From the NCBI RefSeq assembly GCF_009914755.1, contig NC_060948.1: a stretch of DNA of 64,000 nucleotides; one strand, 5' to 3'. This stretch comes from the human T2T-CHM13v2.0 reference genome, Homo sapiens. Shown here in pieces: positions 50,851-64,000 of the stretch. Made by a program: the position numbers and the translations under genes. Each line of letters starts with the position of its first letter. The first letter of the stretch is position 1. Below the pieces are notes generated by a model that saw nothing but the letters and a program-made list of their open reading frames with translations, was not told the origin of the DNA and ran no database searches.

Positions 50851-53800
50851 TCCCTGTGGAAAAGATTGCTAATGTCTCTCCCTGGGTTGGCTGCGGAACA
50901 GTGAAACACTGGGAGATGCCTGTTTTTTGGTGTGGCATTTATTTATTTATTTGTTTATGTATTTATTTATCTATTTATATTTTGCAGGCAGAGGTGATTT
51001 GAAAGCCGGAGCGTCATGAAACACCTCCCAATTCACCGCGGATTCATGATCCACAGAAAAATGAAGAAAACAAAGCCCTGCAACCCAAGCAGAGCCACAC
51101 AGACAGGACAACACTAGGTTGGGAGACTCAAAAAAAAAAAAAAGAAGAAGAAGCGCTTACGTGTGTTAGTCTCATTCCTTTAAACAGACTCCACTTACAG
51201 GCACATGCACATATACACACACACACACACACACAAACATCCCACACTCGCTAGCCTCCCACAGAAGCACACAGCCAAGCAGCTACTGAGGATGCATGGT
51301 TCTGCAGAAAGCCCCATCTGGGAGAGGGTATCCTGTTGGAACACAGGCAGGATGTATCTAGAAATCACAGTGGGGCAAGTTTAAAAGAGACTCACCCCTA
51401 CAACATCTGTACAGGCTTGAGGAATCCTGCAGATATTTTGGATTCTTACAGATTTCACAGTTTATTCCTGGGGTTGTGCTTGAGGTTTCTTCAGTCTGGT
51501 TCACATCTGCCTTCTTTTGGGATCATGGCACTATCTGGAGAATCCAACAGAAAAGAGGTGAGAACACACTGCCATTGCACCTACATGGAGGTCTCCGCCG
51601 CCAAGCTGAGGGCCTTGTAGCTCGGCAATGATGACATTCGTTGTGACACAAGCCAGGGATCATAATCAGGCCTCGTTCCCTGAGTCTAGCACATGCACAG
51701 TCCTGAGGCAGGCAAGGATGCCCGGCTCTCAGAACTGTCAGCCTGCCTAAGCACAGGAAAATACTGCAGGCAAAACAGTCCTGGTGTTGCAATAAAGGCT
51801 GCCTGTGAACACCCACTGTGGGACACTAAATTTCTGCACGTCAAGGCCCCCTTGGGCCATCTCTGTCGTCTGGTCCCCTGGAGGAGGAGGCATTTTCAGA
51901 CTGTGAGGTGGTCACTGGAAACTGGTCTTCTGACTTTATTCCCCAAAGAGGCTGTGTGCAAGAATCAGGTCCCATGGGGATTGGAATATAGTCTGGTGTG
52001 TTTCTGAAGGTCCTTTGGGTGATAGAAACATGTCTGAGACCCCAGAGGTGGGTGCCAGTGAAAGACAGGCTCTTGACCTCACTGCTGCCCTTCATCCCGA
52101 ACCTCACAGGGGCTCTCTGGGAGAGGCAGAAACCACGACAAAGGCAAGTCCAAGGTGAAGCAGTGTTCTCACACCTCGGACTGGCTTATTGCAGGTTCAC
52201 ATGAGGTTAAGAAAGTATCTCAGAGGATTTCTGTGGCAGTGCAAAGTCTGAAAGGGTATCCAGTAGTGTTGTTGAGGGGCACTGTGTATTCCCCTTGAAA
52301 GCAAAGAAAAATCAAGGCTCGCCTGAGAGAAAGAGATGCCTTATGGTAGAGTACAAGCAATGTTCAATGACTCCTGTCAGAGGACCAAAAAGACTCCTGC
52401 AAAGTGGAAACAACCTCAGCCCCAACAAGGAGAAAACATCCCTCAACATGAAGGGCAGCCAACTTACCCGGAGTCCCTTTTGCTGTCTGAAATTCCTGGC
52501 AGCTAACTACTCTGTGGTGAGAGGCAGTCCCAAGCAGCAGCAGCCCAAGGAGGAACCAGACCCTCCACAATGAAAAGAACATGCAGATGAAGTGAAAAAT
52601 ATGCTAGATTATGAGGCAAAAAACAAACACGGCTGCCTGCTTTTCATCCTGCAGAAATCATGCAGCACTCTGATAGAAGTGAGAGAACAAGAGTTCCCTT
52701 GTTGGTGAATATAACAGGAATTTACAGTTTTAAAAGTATCAAATCTGCCCAGTCATTAAAGCTGACAGTGTTTAGAAGGAAACTCTCACACAATGGATTC
52801 CGATGAGGGTTATTCTCTGTGAACTGGAAAAAGTTTACTGTGGAAGTCTTTGAGCCATAACCAGGAAACCCTAGGTCAGTGAGAAACATGGAAGTCTGGA
52901 AAAGAAGAGGCAAGTATGGAGGTCATAGCTCACCCAGCATCAATCCATTCCATTCCCATTTGGCTCTGGGTATGAAAGCCCTCAAATCAGGAGTGTACCA
53001 GGATGGCCCCAATTTACACTCCAAATGTTCCTTGCCCGTTGGAATACTCTCATGTGAACACCGGGCCATGGTGTGGACTGGTTGTGTAATTAATTGAATG
53101 TAGAGATGGTGTTGAAAGCACCTTCTGTGACACCTGTCTTCAATCTTTTTGCAGTTGAAGTTGCAGGAACCCATCCACCCTTCTCCAGTTTGTATCCTCA
53201 CTCCTTTCTGAACTTATTACATCTCACACTCTATGTCCCAGAATAAAATCCCAAGATGATGGAGAAGTGTCTCCTCACAATGTGAAACACCTGCTCTCCT
53301 GGGAACCGAATTCAAGGTAAATTCAAGGGGGCACTGCAGACAGGACTGTGAGTTTTTCTCCCTGGGTTTGCCACAGGACAATGAAACACTGGGAGATGTC
53401 TGTTTTTTCATGTGGTGGGGGCTCCTTTTCTTTCTAGAAGATAGGTTTGTTTTGTTTTGTTCTGGTTTTTTGCAGGGGGAGGTGATTTGAAAGCTGGTGG
53501 GTCTTGCCCACCTCCCAGTTCAGACCCACAGAAAAATGAAGGACATGGAACCCCTGCAGCCCAAGCAGAACCACACAGACAAGTAACCAAAAGATTTAGA
53601 GACCCAACAACAACAAAAAAGCACTGAAGTGCATTAGCCACATTCCCTTAAGAAGTCTCCTCTTACAGGCAAACACACACACACACACAAGCACTCACAA
53701 ACACACAATGCAATATAGACCCGTAGACATCCAACACTAGCAACAATTCCACAGAAACATACAGCCCTGTAGACCCTGAGGCTGTGTGGTTCTTCAGGAA

Positions 53801-56800
53801 GCCATACCTGGGAGAGAGCTACTGCACGGACACAGGCCAACTCTATCTAGAAATCTCAGTGGAGCAAGTTTCAAAAAGACTCACCCCTACAAAACTAGGC
53901 AGGCCTGAGGAATCCCGTAGATCGTTTTGGATCCTTAGGGATTTTGTGATTTATTCCCGGGACTGTGCTTGATATTTCTTAAGGCTGGTTCACATCTACC
54001 CTCTCCTAGGATCATGGAAATATGCTGCGTATCCCAGTGAGAAGACAGGCGAGAGTCCACTGCCGACGCACTTCCACGGAGGTCTCCTTCTCTGCCAAGC
54101 CGCAGAGACTTGTCCCTAGGCAGCGGTGACATATGTTGTGACTCTAGCCAGAGCTCACAATCAGGCCTGGTGCCCTAAGAGTAGTGCATGTACCTTTGTG
54201 AGGCAGGCTCAGGTTCCAGGCCATCAGAGATGTCAGCCTGCCTAAGCAGAGGAAAATGGTACAGGCAGAAGTGACCTGTTATTGTGAAAAAGGCTGCCTG
54301 TCAAAATCCACTGCAAGACCCCAAAAGTCTCAAACTCAGGAACCATTCATGCCATCTCTGTTGCTGGGTCCTGCTGGAGGAGAAGACATTTTGATACTGT
54401 GAGGTGGTCGCTGGAAACTGATCTTCTGACTCCGTTGCAGAAAGAGGCTTTGTGTAAGGATTGGGTCCCCTGGGAAATGAAATATATTCTGATGGGTTGT
54501 TGAGGGTTCTTCGGGTGATAGAATCATACCTGAGACCCCAGAGATGGGTGTCAGAGAAAGATGGCTGGACTCTTGCCATCACTGCCTCTCTTCACTGTGG
54601 GCCTTGCAGAAGCTCTCTGGGAAAGGCAGGAGCCATGATAAAGGCAAGTCCACTGTGGAGCAGTTTTGTCACACTCCGGATTGACATCTCACCAGAGCAG
54701 ATGAGGTTGATACCCTGTCTCAGAGGCCATATGTGTTGATGGCAAGCATGATAAGGGTGTCCAGTACTGCTGATGAGGAGCACTGTGGATTCCCCATGAC
54801 AGCAAAGAAAAATCAAAGCTTACCTGAGAGAATGAGATGCCTTGTGCTGGAGACTAATCAATGTTCACTGATTCCTGTCAGAGGACCCAAAAGCATCCGG
54901 AAAAGTGCAAACAACCTCAACCCCCAAAAGGAGACAATGACCCACAACCTGGAGTGTAGACAGCCTACCCAAAGTCCCTTTTGCTCTCTGCAATCCGTGG
55001 CATCTAAATAATCTGTGGTGAGAGACAGCTTTATCTAGCAACAGCCCAATGAAAGAAACCCTCCACAATGAAAAGCCTATGCAGATGAAATGAAATAGAG
55101 GCTAGATTACCAGGCAAAAGCCAAACGTGACTGGCTTCTTCTCATCCTGCAGGAATCATGCAGCCCTCCAATAGAAGCTTGAGAACAAGAGTTTCCTTGT
55201 TAGCAGATGTAATAGGAATTTATGGTTTTGAAAGTATCAAAGCAGCCCAGTAATTGAAACCTGATGGTGTTTAGAAGGAAACACTCATGAAATGGATTCC
55301 AGTAAGGGTTGTTCTCTGTGACTGGGAAATGATTAGTGTGGAAGTCCTTGAGCCAGATGCAGGAAATCCTAGGCTGATAACAAATATGGAAGTCAGGAGA
55401 AGAAGAGGACAAGTCTGCAGGCCACATCACACCCAGCATCAATCCATTCCACTTCCATTTGTCTCCTGGCACGAAAGCCCTCCAATTGTCAGTTTTCTAA
55501 AATGGCCTTAATTTGCCCTCCAAATGTTCCTTGCAGGTTGGGGTACTCCCAACTGAACACAGAGCCATGGTGTGGACTGCTTGCACAATTAAAGGAATGT
55601 GGCGATGGAGTTGGAAGCGCCTTCTGTATCGTCTGTCTTCATTTTTTTGCAGGAGAAGTTGCGGGACCCCATCCACCCTTCACCAGATTGTATCCTCACC
55701 CCTATCTTATCTTATTGCTGCTTACACTGTATGTCCTAGGATGAAATCCCAACATGATGGAGGAGTCTACCCTCATCACGTGAAGCAACAAGCTCTCCTG
55801 TGAACTGAATTCGAGGTAAATAAAAGGAGCCCTGAGGACAGGACTGCTAATGTCTCTCACTGAGTTTGACAAAGGACAATGAAACACTGGGAGATGTCTG
55901 CTTTTTGGTGTACTGTGCTATGTACTGTTTTTTTTTTGTTGTTTTCTTTTGTTTTCATTTTTTTGTTTTGTTTTGTTTTGTTTTTTCCAAAGAGAGGTGA
56001 TTTGTATGCCAGCGGGTCTCTGCCTGCCTTCCAATTCACTGCGGACTCATGATCCACAGAAAAGTAAAGAACACAAGTACTCGCAGCCCAAGCACAGCCA
56101 GACAGACAGACCAACAAAAGGTTGTGTGACTGAAAGAAATGAAGCACTGAAGTGCGTTAGCCACATTCCTTTAAGCAGACTCCATTTACAGTCACACACA
56201 CACACACACAAACAATGTCCAGCACACACACAGACATCAAACATTCTCAACAATTCCACAGAAACATGCAGCCCAGCACTTTCTGAGTCTGTGTAGTTCT
56301 GCAGGAAGCCCCACATGGGATAGAGCAACCCGGGGAACACAGGCAGGCTGTATCTAGAAATCACAGTGCAGCAAGTTTCAAAAAGACTCACCCCTACAAT
56401 GTCTAGGCAGGCCTAAGGAATCCTGCAGATTCTTTTGGAACATTAGGGATATTGAAGATTCTTCCTGGAGCTCTGCTTGATGTTTCTGATGTTTCTTCAG
56501 GCTGGCTGATGTCTGTCCTCCCCTAGGATCATGGAACTGTCCCCTGGATCCCACAGAGAAGACAGGTGAGAGTCTTCCACTGACAGACCTCCACGGATGT
56601 CTTTTCCTCCACCAAGTCACAGGGACTGGTCACTAGGCAATGGTTAAATTCACTGTGAGGCTAACCAGAGCTCACAGTCCTGGTGCTCTGAGACTGGCAT
56701 ATGTGCACTCATGTGGCAGGCTTGGGCACCATGCTGTTAGAGCTGTCAGTCTCCATCAGCAGAGGAAACTGGGACAGGCAGAGCCAGCCTGGTATCAGAA

Positions 56801-59800
56801 AAAAGGCTGCCTGCAAAAACCTTCTGTGGGACCCTAAATGTCTCAATCTCAGGGACCCTTCTGGCTGTCTTGGTGGTGGGCTTTTGCTGAAGTAGGAGGC
56901 TTTTCAAGACTGAAGTGGTCACTGGAAACTGCACTTCTGTCTCCATTCTTGAAAGAAGCTGTGTGCAAGAATCACGTCCATTGTGGATCGGAATATAGTC
57001 TGTTGCTTGTTGCGGGTTCTTTGAGCAATAGAATCATACCTGAGACTCCAGAGGTGGGTGTCAGAGGAAGGTGGCTGGGCTCATGCCCTCACTGTCTCCC
57101 TTCATCCTGGGCCTCATAGGGGCTCTCTGGGAAAGGTACGAACCATGACAAAGGCAAGCCCAACGTGAAGCAGTGTTCTCACTCATTGGACTGGCCTCTC
57201 ACGGGTGCAGATGAGGTTGATACAGTGTATCAGAGGCCGTCTGTAGCAAAGGAAATCCTAAAAAGGGTGTCCAGTGGTGCTATTGTGTATCACTGTGGAT
57301 TCTCCATGGAAGCAAAAAGTCAAGGCTCCCTTGAGAGAATGAGATGCCTTGTGCTGGAGTCCATGCAATACTCAATGATTTCTGTTAGAAGACCCAAAGC
57401 CTCCTGCAAAGTTCAAGCAACCTCAGCCCCCACAATGAGACAATGGCCCACACCCTGGAGTGCAGCCAGCCAACATGAAGTCCCTTTTGCTCCCCGAAAT
57501 TCCTGGCAGCCAAGAAATCTGGGGTGAGAGGCAGGGCAATGCAGGAACAACCCAATGAAAGAGCCCCTCCACAATGATAAAGGACTTGCAGATGAATTGA
57601 AACAGAGGCTAGATTACCAGGCAATGCCAGACAAGGCTGCCTGCTATTCATCATACCGGAATCTTGCAGCCCTCTGAAAGAAGTAGGAGAACAAGAGTTT
57701 CCTTGTTGGCAGCTGTAACTGATATTTACAGTTTTAAAAGTATCAAAGCTGCCCAGTCATTAAAACTTGACAGTGTTTAGAAGGAAACCCTCATGCAGTG
57801 GATTCGAATGAGGGTCATCCTCCATGAACTGGGAAATTTATTGTGGTAGACATTTAGACAGATCCAAGAAACCCCAGGCCAATGGGGAAAATGGAAGTCA
57901 GGAGAAGAGGAGTCAAGTGTGAAGGCCACATCCCACCCAGCATCAATCCATACCACACCCATTTAGTTCTGGGTATGACAGCCCTGAAATTGGGAGTTTG
58001 CCAGGATGGTTGAGTATGCAGTCCAAACGTTCTCCGCATGTAGAAGTACTCCCACCTGAACTCCAGGCCATGATGTGGATGGCTTGTGCAATTAAGGAAA
58101 TGTGGGGATGCTGTTGGAAGTAACTTCTGCACCATCAGTCTTCACCTTTTTTGCAGGTGAAGGTGTGGATCTGCATGAAAACCTCACCAGATTGTATCCT
58201 CACCCCTGTTTGACCTTATTGCTGCTCACACTATATGTCCCAGGATGAATTCCCAAGACAATTGAGGAGTGCTCCCTCACAATGTGAAACACCTGCTCTA
58301 CTGCGAACTGAATTACAGGTAAATTCAAGGGGCCCTGCCAACAGGACTTCTAGTGTCTCTCCCTGGGTTAGCCACAGGCCAATGAAACAGTCGAAGATGT
58401 ACATTATTGGGTGAGGTGTGCTCCTCTTCTTTCTAGTAGAGTGGCTTTTTTTTTTTTTTTTTTTTTTTTTTGCAGGTGTAGGAGATTTGGACCATGGCAG
58501 GTAACAGCCAGCCTCCCAAATCACTGTGGATTCTTGATCCACAGAAAAATAAAGAACACAGAGACCTACAGCCCAAGCAGAGCCACACAGGCCACCAAAA
58601 GTTTGGGAAACAAAAAAAAAGTGCTGCAGTGCATTAGCCTAATTCACTTACACAGACTCTGCTTAAACTCACACACACACAAACACACACACACACAAAG
58701 CCACACACACAGAGACATCAAAACTCACAACACTTTCACAGAAATTACAGCCCTACTGGTCCTGAGGCTGCATGGTTCTGCAGGAATCCCCACCTGGGAG
58801 AGAACCATCCCAGGCAACACAGGTGGGCTGTACCAAGAAATCACAGCAGGGGCAAGTTTCAAAAAGACTCAACCCTACAATGTCTAGGCAGGCCTGAGGT
58901 ATCCTACAGATTCTTTTGGATCCTTAGGGATTTTGCGGATTATTCCTGGGGCTTTGTTTGATCTTTCTTCATGATGGCTTATGTCTGCCCTCTCCTAGGA
59001 TAGCCAAAACATCCTGTGGATCCAACAGAGAAGACAGGCGAATGTGTACTTCCAATACACATCCATGGTGGTCTCCTTCTCCACCAAGCCCCAGGGACTT
59101 GTTGCTAGGCAACACTGTCATTCATTGTGACGCTTGCCAGAGCTTACAGCTCTGGCCTGGTGACAGGACACTAGCACATTTGCATTCGTATCACAGGCTT
59201 GGGGGTCCAGCTGTCAGAGCTGTCAGGCTGCCTAAGCAGAGAAAAGTGGTATAGGGAGAGACGGCCTCATGCTGGGAAAATAGCTGCCTGAGATAACCCA
59301 CTGAGAGACCATAAAAGTCTCACTGTCAGGTCTTTTTTGGGCCATCTTCTTGGTCAGGTTTCACTACAGGTGGAGCCAATTTGAGACTGTGGCCTGGTTG
59401 CTGGAAACTGTACTTTTAACTCCATTCCTGAAAGAGGCTGTGAGCAGGAATCAGGTCCCATGGCAATTGGAATATAGTCTGTTGAGTTGTTGAGGGGTCT
59501 CTGGGTGATGAAATCATACCTGAGACTGCAGAGGCTGGTGTCAACAAAAGATGTCTGTGCCCTGGATGTCACTTCCTGCCTTCATCCTGGGCCTCACAGG
59601 TACTCTCTGGGAAAGGCAGGAACCACGACAAAGGCATGTATATGGTGGAGTAGTTTTCTCACACCATGAACTGGCCTCTCATGGGTGCAGATGAGATTGA
59701 GACAGTGTCTCAGAGGACATTTGTTGTGACTGTAAGCCTGAAAAGGGTGTGCAGTAATACTGGTTAGGGGCAATGTGTACCCTCCATGAAAGCAAGAAAA

Positions 59801-62800
59801 AAATCAATGCTCATGTGAGAGAATCAGCTGAATTGTGCTGAAGTCCAAGCAATGCTGAAAGACTTCTTTCAGAGTACCCAAAAGCCACCTGCAAAGTGCA
59901 AGCAACCTCAGTTCCCAAGATGAGATCACAACCCACAATCTGGAGTGGAGCCAGCCTACCTGAAGTCTCTTTTGCTCTCTGAAATCCACAGTATCTGTGG
60001 TGAGAGGAAGTCCCATACAGCAACAGCCCAATGAAACACCCACTCCTCAGTGAGAAAGGACATGCAAGCACAATGAAACAGAGCCTAAATTACCAGGCAA
60101 AAGCCAGACACGGCTACCTGCTTTTCATCCTACAGGAATCATGCAGCCCTCACATAGAAGTGGGAGAACAAGAGTTTTCTTGTTGGTGGCTTTAACAGAA
60201 ATTTATGAATTTATGGTTTTAAAATATCTCAGCTGTGCAGTCATTAAAACTTCACAGTGTTTAGAAGGAAACACTAACACAATTGATTCTCATGAGGGTC
60301 GTCCTCTGTGAACTAGGAAATATTTAGTGTGGAAGGCATTGACCAGATCCAGGATGAGGATCATGAAAGAAAGGAAAAGAAGAGGTAAGTGTAGGGGCCA
60401 CATCCCACCCAGCATCTATCCATCTTGCTTTCATCTGGCTTCTGGTATGAAAGCCCTCAAGTCGGGAGTTTGCCAGCATGGCCCCAGTTTTCACTGCATA
60501 TGTTCCATGCACGTTGGAGTACTCCCACCTCAACACTCGGTCATGTTGTGGACTGCTTGTGCAGTTAAGAGAATGAAGAGATGCAGTTGGAAGTACCTTC
60601 TGTGTCATCTGTCTTCACCTTTTTTCAGGTGAAGGTGCAGCACCCCATCCACCCCTCACTACATTATATCCACACCCCTAACTAACCTTATTGATGTTCA
60701 CACTCTCTGTCCCAGAATGCAGATGATAGAGGAGTGCCCCCTCATGATGTGAAGCTCCTACTCAGCTGACAACCAAATTTGACGTAAATTCAATGGGGCC
60801 TGCGGACAGGAATGCTAGCATCCCTCCCTGAGTTGGCCACAGGACAATGAAACACTAGATGTCTGTTCATGGGTGTGGTGTGCACCTCTTCTTTCTGGAA
60901 GAGTGGCTTCTTTTGCAGGGGGAGGTGATTTGGATCCCAGCTGGTCTCAGTCAAGCTCCCAATTCACTATAAGTTCATGATCCACAGAATAAAAAACATG
61001 GAGCCCTATAGCCCAAGCAGAGCCACAGAGACAGCCCACCAAAAGCTTGGGAGAATTAAAAAAAAAAAAAAGAAGAAGAAGAAGAAGAAGCTCTGCAGTG
61101 CATTAGCCACATTTTTTTAAGCGGACTCCACTTACAGGCATACAGACAGAGACACAGACACACACACACACTCAAAGCCACACACACAGGCAGATACCCA
61201 ACAATTGCAACACTCCCACAGAATCACACAGCCCAGTAGCTTCTGAGGCTGCGTGGTTCTGCAGACAGCCCCACTTGGGAGACAGCATCTTTGGGTATAC
61301 AGGTGGGCTGTACCAATAAATCACAGTGGGGCAAGTTTCGAAAAGACTCACCCCTACAACTTCTAGGTAGGTCTGAGGCATCATGCAGATCCTTTTAGAT
61401 CCTTAGGGATTTCGTGATTTATTCCTTGGGCTCTGCTTGAGATTTCTTCAGGCAGCTCACGTCTGACCTCTCTTAGGATCATGGGACTATTTCATGGATC
61501 CCACAGATAAGGCAGGCGAGAGACCACTGCCAACGCACCTCCAGGGAGGTATCCTTCTAAGTCGAGCCACGAGTGGCTTGTGGACTCGTGGACTTGTGGC
61601 TAGAATACGGAGGCATTTATTGTGATGCTAACCAGAGCTCACAGCTCAAGCCCCGTGCCTTAAGACTAGCGCATGCGCATTCACGATGGAGGCGTCCACG
61701 CTAGGCTTTCAGAGCTGTCAGCCTGTCTATGCAGAGGAAAATGGTACCGGCAGAGCCTGCCTGATATCGGGAAAAGTCGGCCTACAAAAACCCACTGGGA
61801 GACCCTGAAAGTCTTGATCTTAGGGCCCCTTCAGATCATCTCTATGGTCAGGTCACGCTGGAGGTCAAGGCATTTCATGACTGTGAGGTCGTCGCTGATA
61901 ACTGCTTTCCTGACTCCATTCTTGAAAGAGGCTGTGTGCAAGAATCAGGTCCATGGTGATTGGAATATAGTGTGGTGTGTTGTTGTGTTCTTTGGGAGAC
62001 AGACTCATACTTGGGACCCCAGAGGCAGTTGCAGTGTCAAAATATGGCCAGGCTCTTGACCTCACTGCCTCCCTTCATCCTGGGCCTCACATGGGCTCTC
62101 TGGGAAAGGCAGGAACCAGGACAAAGGCAAGTCCAAGATGGATCAGTGTTCTCACACCTCTGACTGGCCTCTCACAGGTGCAGATGAGGTTGAGACAGTG
62201 TCTCAGAGGCCATCTGTGGTGATGGGGATGTCCAGTAGTGCTGCTGAGGGGCACTGAGGATTTCCTATGAGAGCAGAGAGAAATCAAGGCTTGCCTGAGA
62301 GAACGAGCTGCCTTGTTCTGGAATCCAAGCAATGTTCAATGATTCCTGTGAGAAGACCCAACAGCCTCCTGCTAAGTGCAAACAACCTCAGCAACCACAA
62401 TAAGAGAACGATCCACAACCTGGAGTGCAGCCAGCCTACCTGAAGTACCTCTTACTCTCTGCAATCCCTGTCAGCTGAATAATCTGTGATGAGAGGCAGT
62501 CCCAACCAGTCCCAAAGAAAGAACCCCTCCACAATGAGAAGGCCATGTAGATGAAATAAAACAGGGGCTAGATTACCAGGCAAAAGCCAGTCATGGCTGC
62601 CTGCCTCTCATCCTACAGGAATAATGCAGCCATGTGACAGAAGTGAGAAAACAAGAGTTTCCTTGTTTGTGGCTGTAGCGAGAATTTGTGGTTTTAAAAG
62701 TGTCAAAGCAGCCCAGTCATTAAAACATGAAAGTGTTAAGAAGAAAGCAGTCACACAATGGATTCCCATCAGTCACGTTGTCCATGAAGTTGGAAACATT

Positions 62801-64000
62801 TAGTGTGGAAGTCATTGAGCCAGACCCAGGAAACCCTAGGCCAATGAGGAACATGGAAGTAAAGAAAAGAAGAGGCAAGTCTGGAGGCCATATCCCACCC
62901 AGCATCGATACATTCCACTCCCATTTGGCTCTGGGTGTGAAAGCCCTCAAATGGGAAATTTGACAGGGTGGCCTCAATTTGCACTCCAAATGTGGCTTGC
63001 ACGTTGGAGTACCCCCACCTGAACACCAAGCCAAGATGTGGACTGCTTGTGTAATTAAGGGAATGCAGGGTTGGAGTTGGAAGCACTTTCTGTGTCATCT
63101 GTCTTCATTTTTTTTTTTTTGCAGGTGAAGTTGCAGGACCCAATCTTCCCCTCAGCGGTCGTATCCTCACCCCTGTCTAACATTATTGCTACTTATACTC
63201 TATTTCCCAGGGTGAAATCCCAAGATGATTGAGGAGTGCCCCCTCACAACTTGAAGCAACTGCTCAACTGGGAACTGAATGCTAGGTAAATTCAAGGGGC
63301 TCTACAGGCAGGACTGCTAATGTCTCTCCCTGGGTTGGCCGCTGGACAGTGAAACACTGGGAAATGTCTGTTTGTGTGTGTGGGCGGGGGGGTATGCTCT
63401 TCTTTCTAGAGGAGTGGCTTTTTTTGTTTCAGGTGGAGGTGATTTAGTGCATCTTGGCACTCCTCCTAATTCACTGTGGATTCAAGATCCACAGAAAAAC
63501 AAAGAACACTGAGCACTTCAGCCCTAGCAGAGCCACACACAGGCCACCAAAAAGTTTGGAGACTCAAAAAAAAGAAACACTGAAGTGCATTATCCACATT
63601 ACTTTAAGCTGATTCCACTTACAGGCACACACACATGCACACACAAACACACAATGACACACACACATGCAGGCATCTAACACTCACAAAACTCCCACAG
63701 AAACACACAGCCCAGCAGCTCCTGAGGCTGCATGGTTCCACAGGAAGCCACATCCGGGAGAGAGCAACCCCAAGGAACACAGGTGGGCTGTACCTACATA
63801 ACACAGCGGGAGAAGGTTCAAAAAGACTCACCCCTACATCGTCTAGCAGACCTGAGCAATCCTGCAGAGATTTTTGGATCCTCACAGATTTCACAGTTTA
63901 TTTCTGGGGCTGTGCTTGATGTTTCTTCAGGCTGGCTCACTTCTGTCCCCTCCTAGCATCATGGGAATATCCCTTGCATCCCACAGAGAAGATAGGTGAG
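50851..64000 (-). repeat. Same macrosatellite, right arm in opposite orientation (~5.3 units, runs off the window)
   Basis: Reverse-complement landmark (cc)ttattg at ~53210, 55710, 58214, 60686, 63182 gives spacings ~2470-2500; (CA)n tracts replace (TG)n. Confidence 0.87.

Noticed and set aside
61058-61090. A-run followed by (GAA)n, resembling a retrotransposon tail
   Set aside because: Local slippage expansion of the A-run present at this position in the other units
28125-64000. Assigning specific TTTY gene names or exons
   Set aside because: Such lncRNAs are expected in this array type, but exon boundaries and identity cannot be derived from the sequence alone

Overview
Primate (human-like) genomic DNA that looks like a Y-chromosome ampliconic region. 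No intact protein-coding gene is evident. From left to right it holds: AT-rich DNA with Alus and an MLT1-type LTR; a six-exon, highly diverged TSPY-family pseudogene on the minus strand (about 9.5-12.25 kb), with an Alu in exon 2 and a 5' truncation beside an inverted L1; a two-LTR HERV9/LTR12 provirus (18082-27213, TSD GTTC) nested inside an older LTR1-like solo LTR (TSD ATAT); and, from about 28.1 kb to the end, a diverged ~2.45-2.5 kb tandem macrosatellite matching the Y-linked NORF/SST1-type arrays that host TTTY lncRNAs. The array reverses orientation at about 50.85 kb. It is interrupted by an LTR-less ERV1 RNaseH-integrase fragment, ~1.2 kb of foreign DNA, a 5'-truncated HERV-K14C, a young L1PA 3' end and a solo LTR12. 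I do not see a clearly new biological system. The most notable signals are the unusual TSPY lineage, recurrent reading frames in the macrosatellite unit and the array's rearrangement junctions. Family names come from recalled consensus sequences, not database searches.
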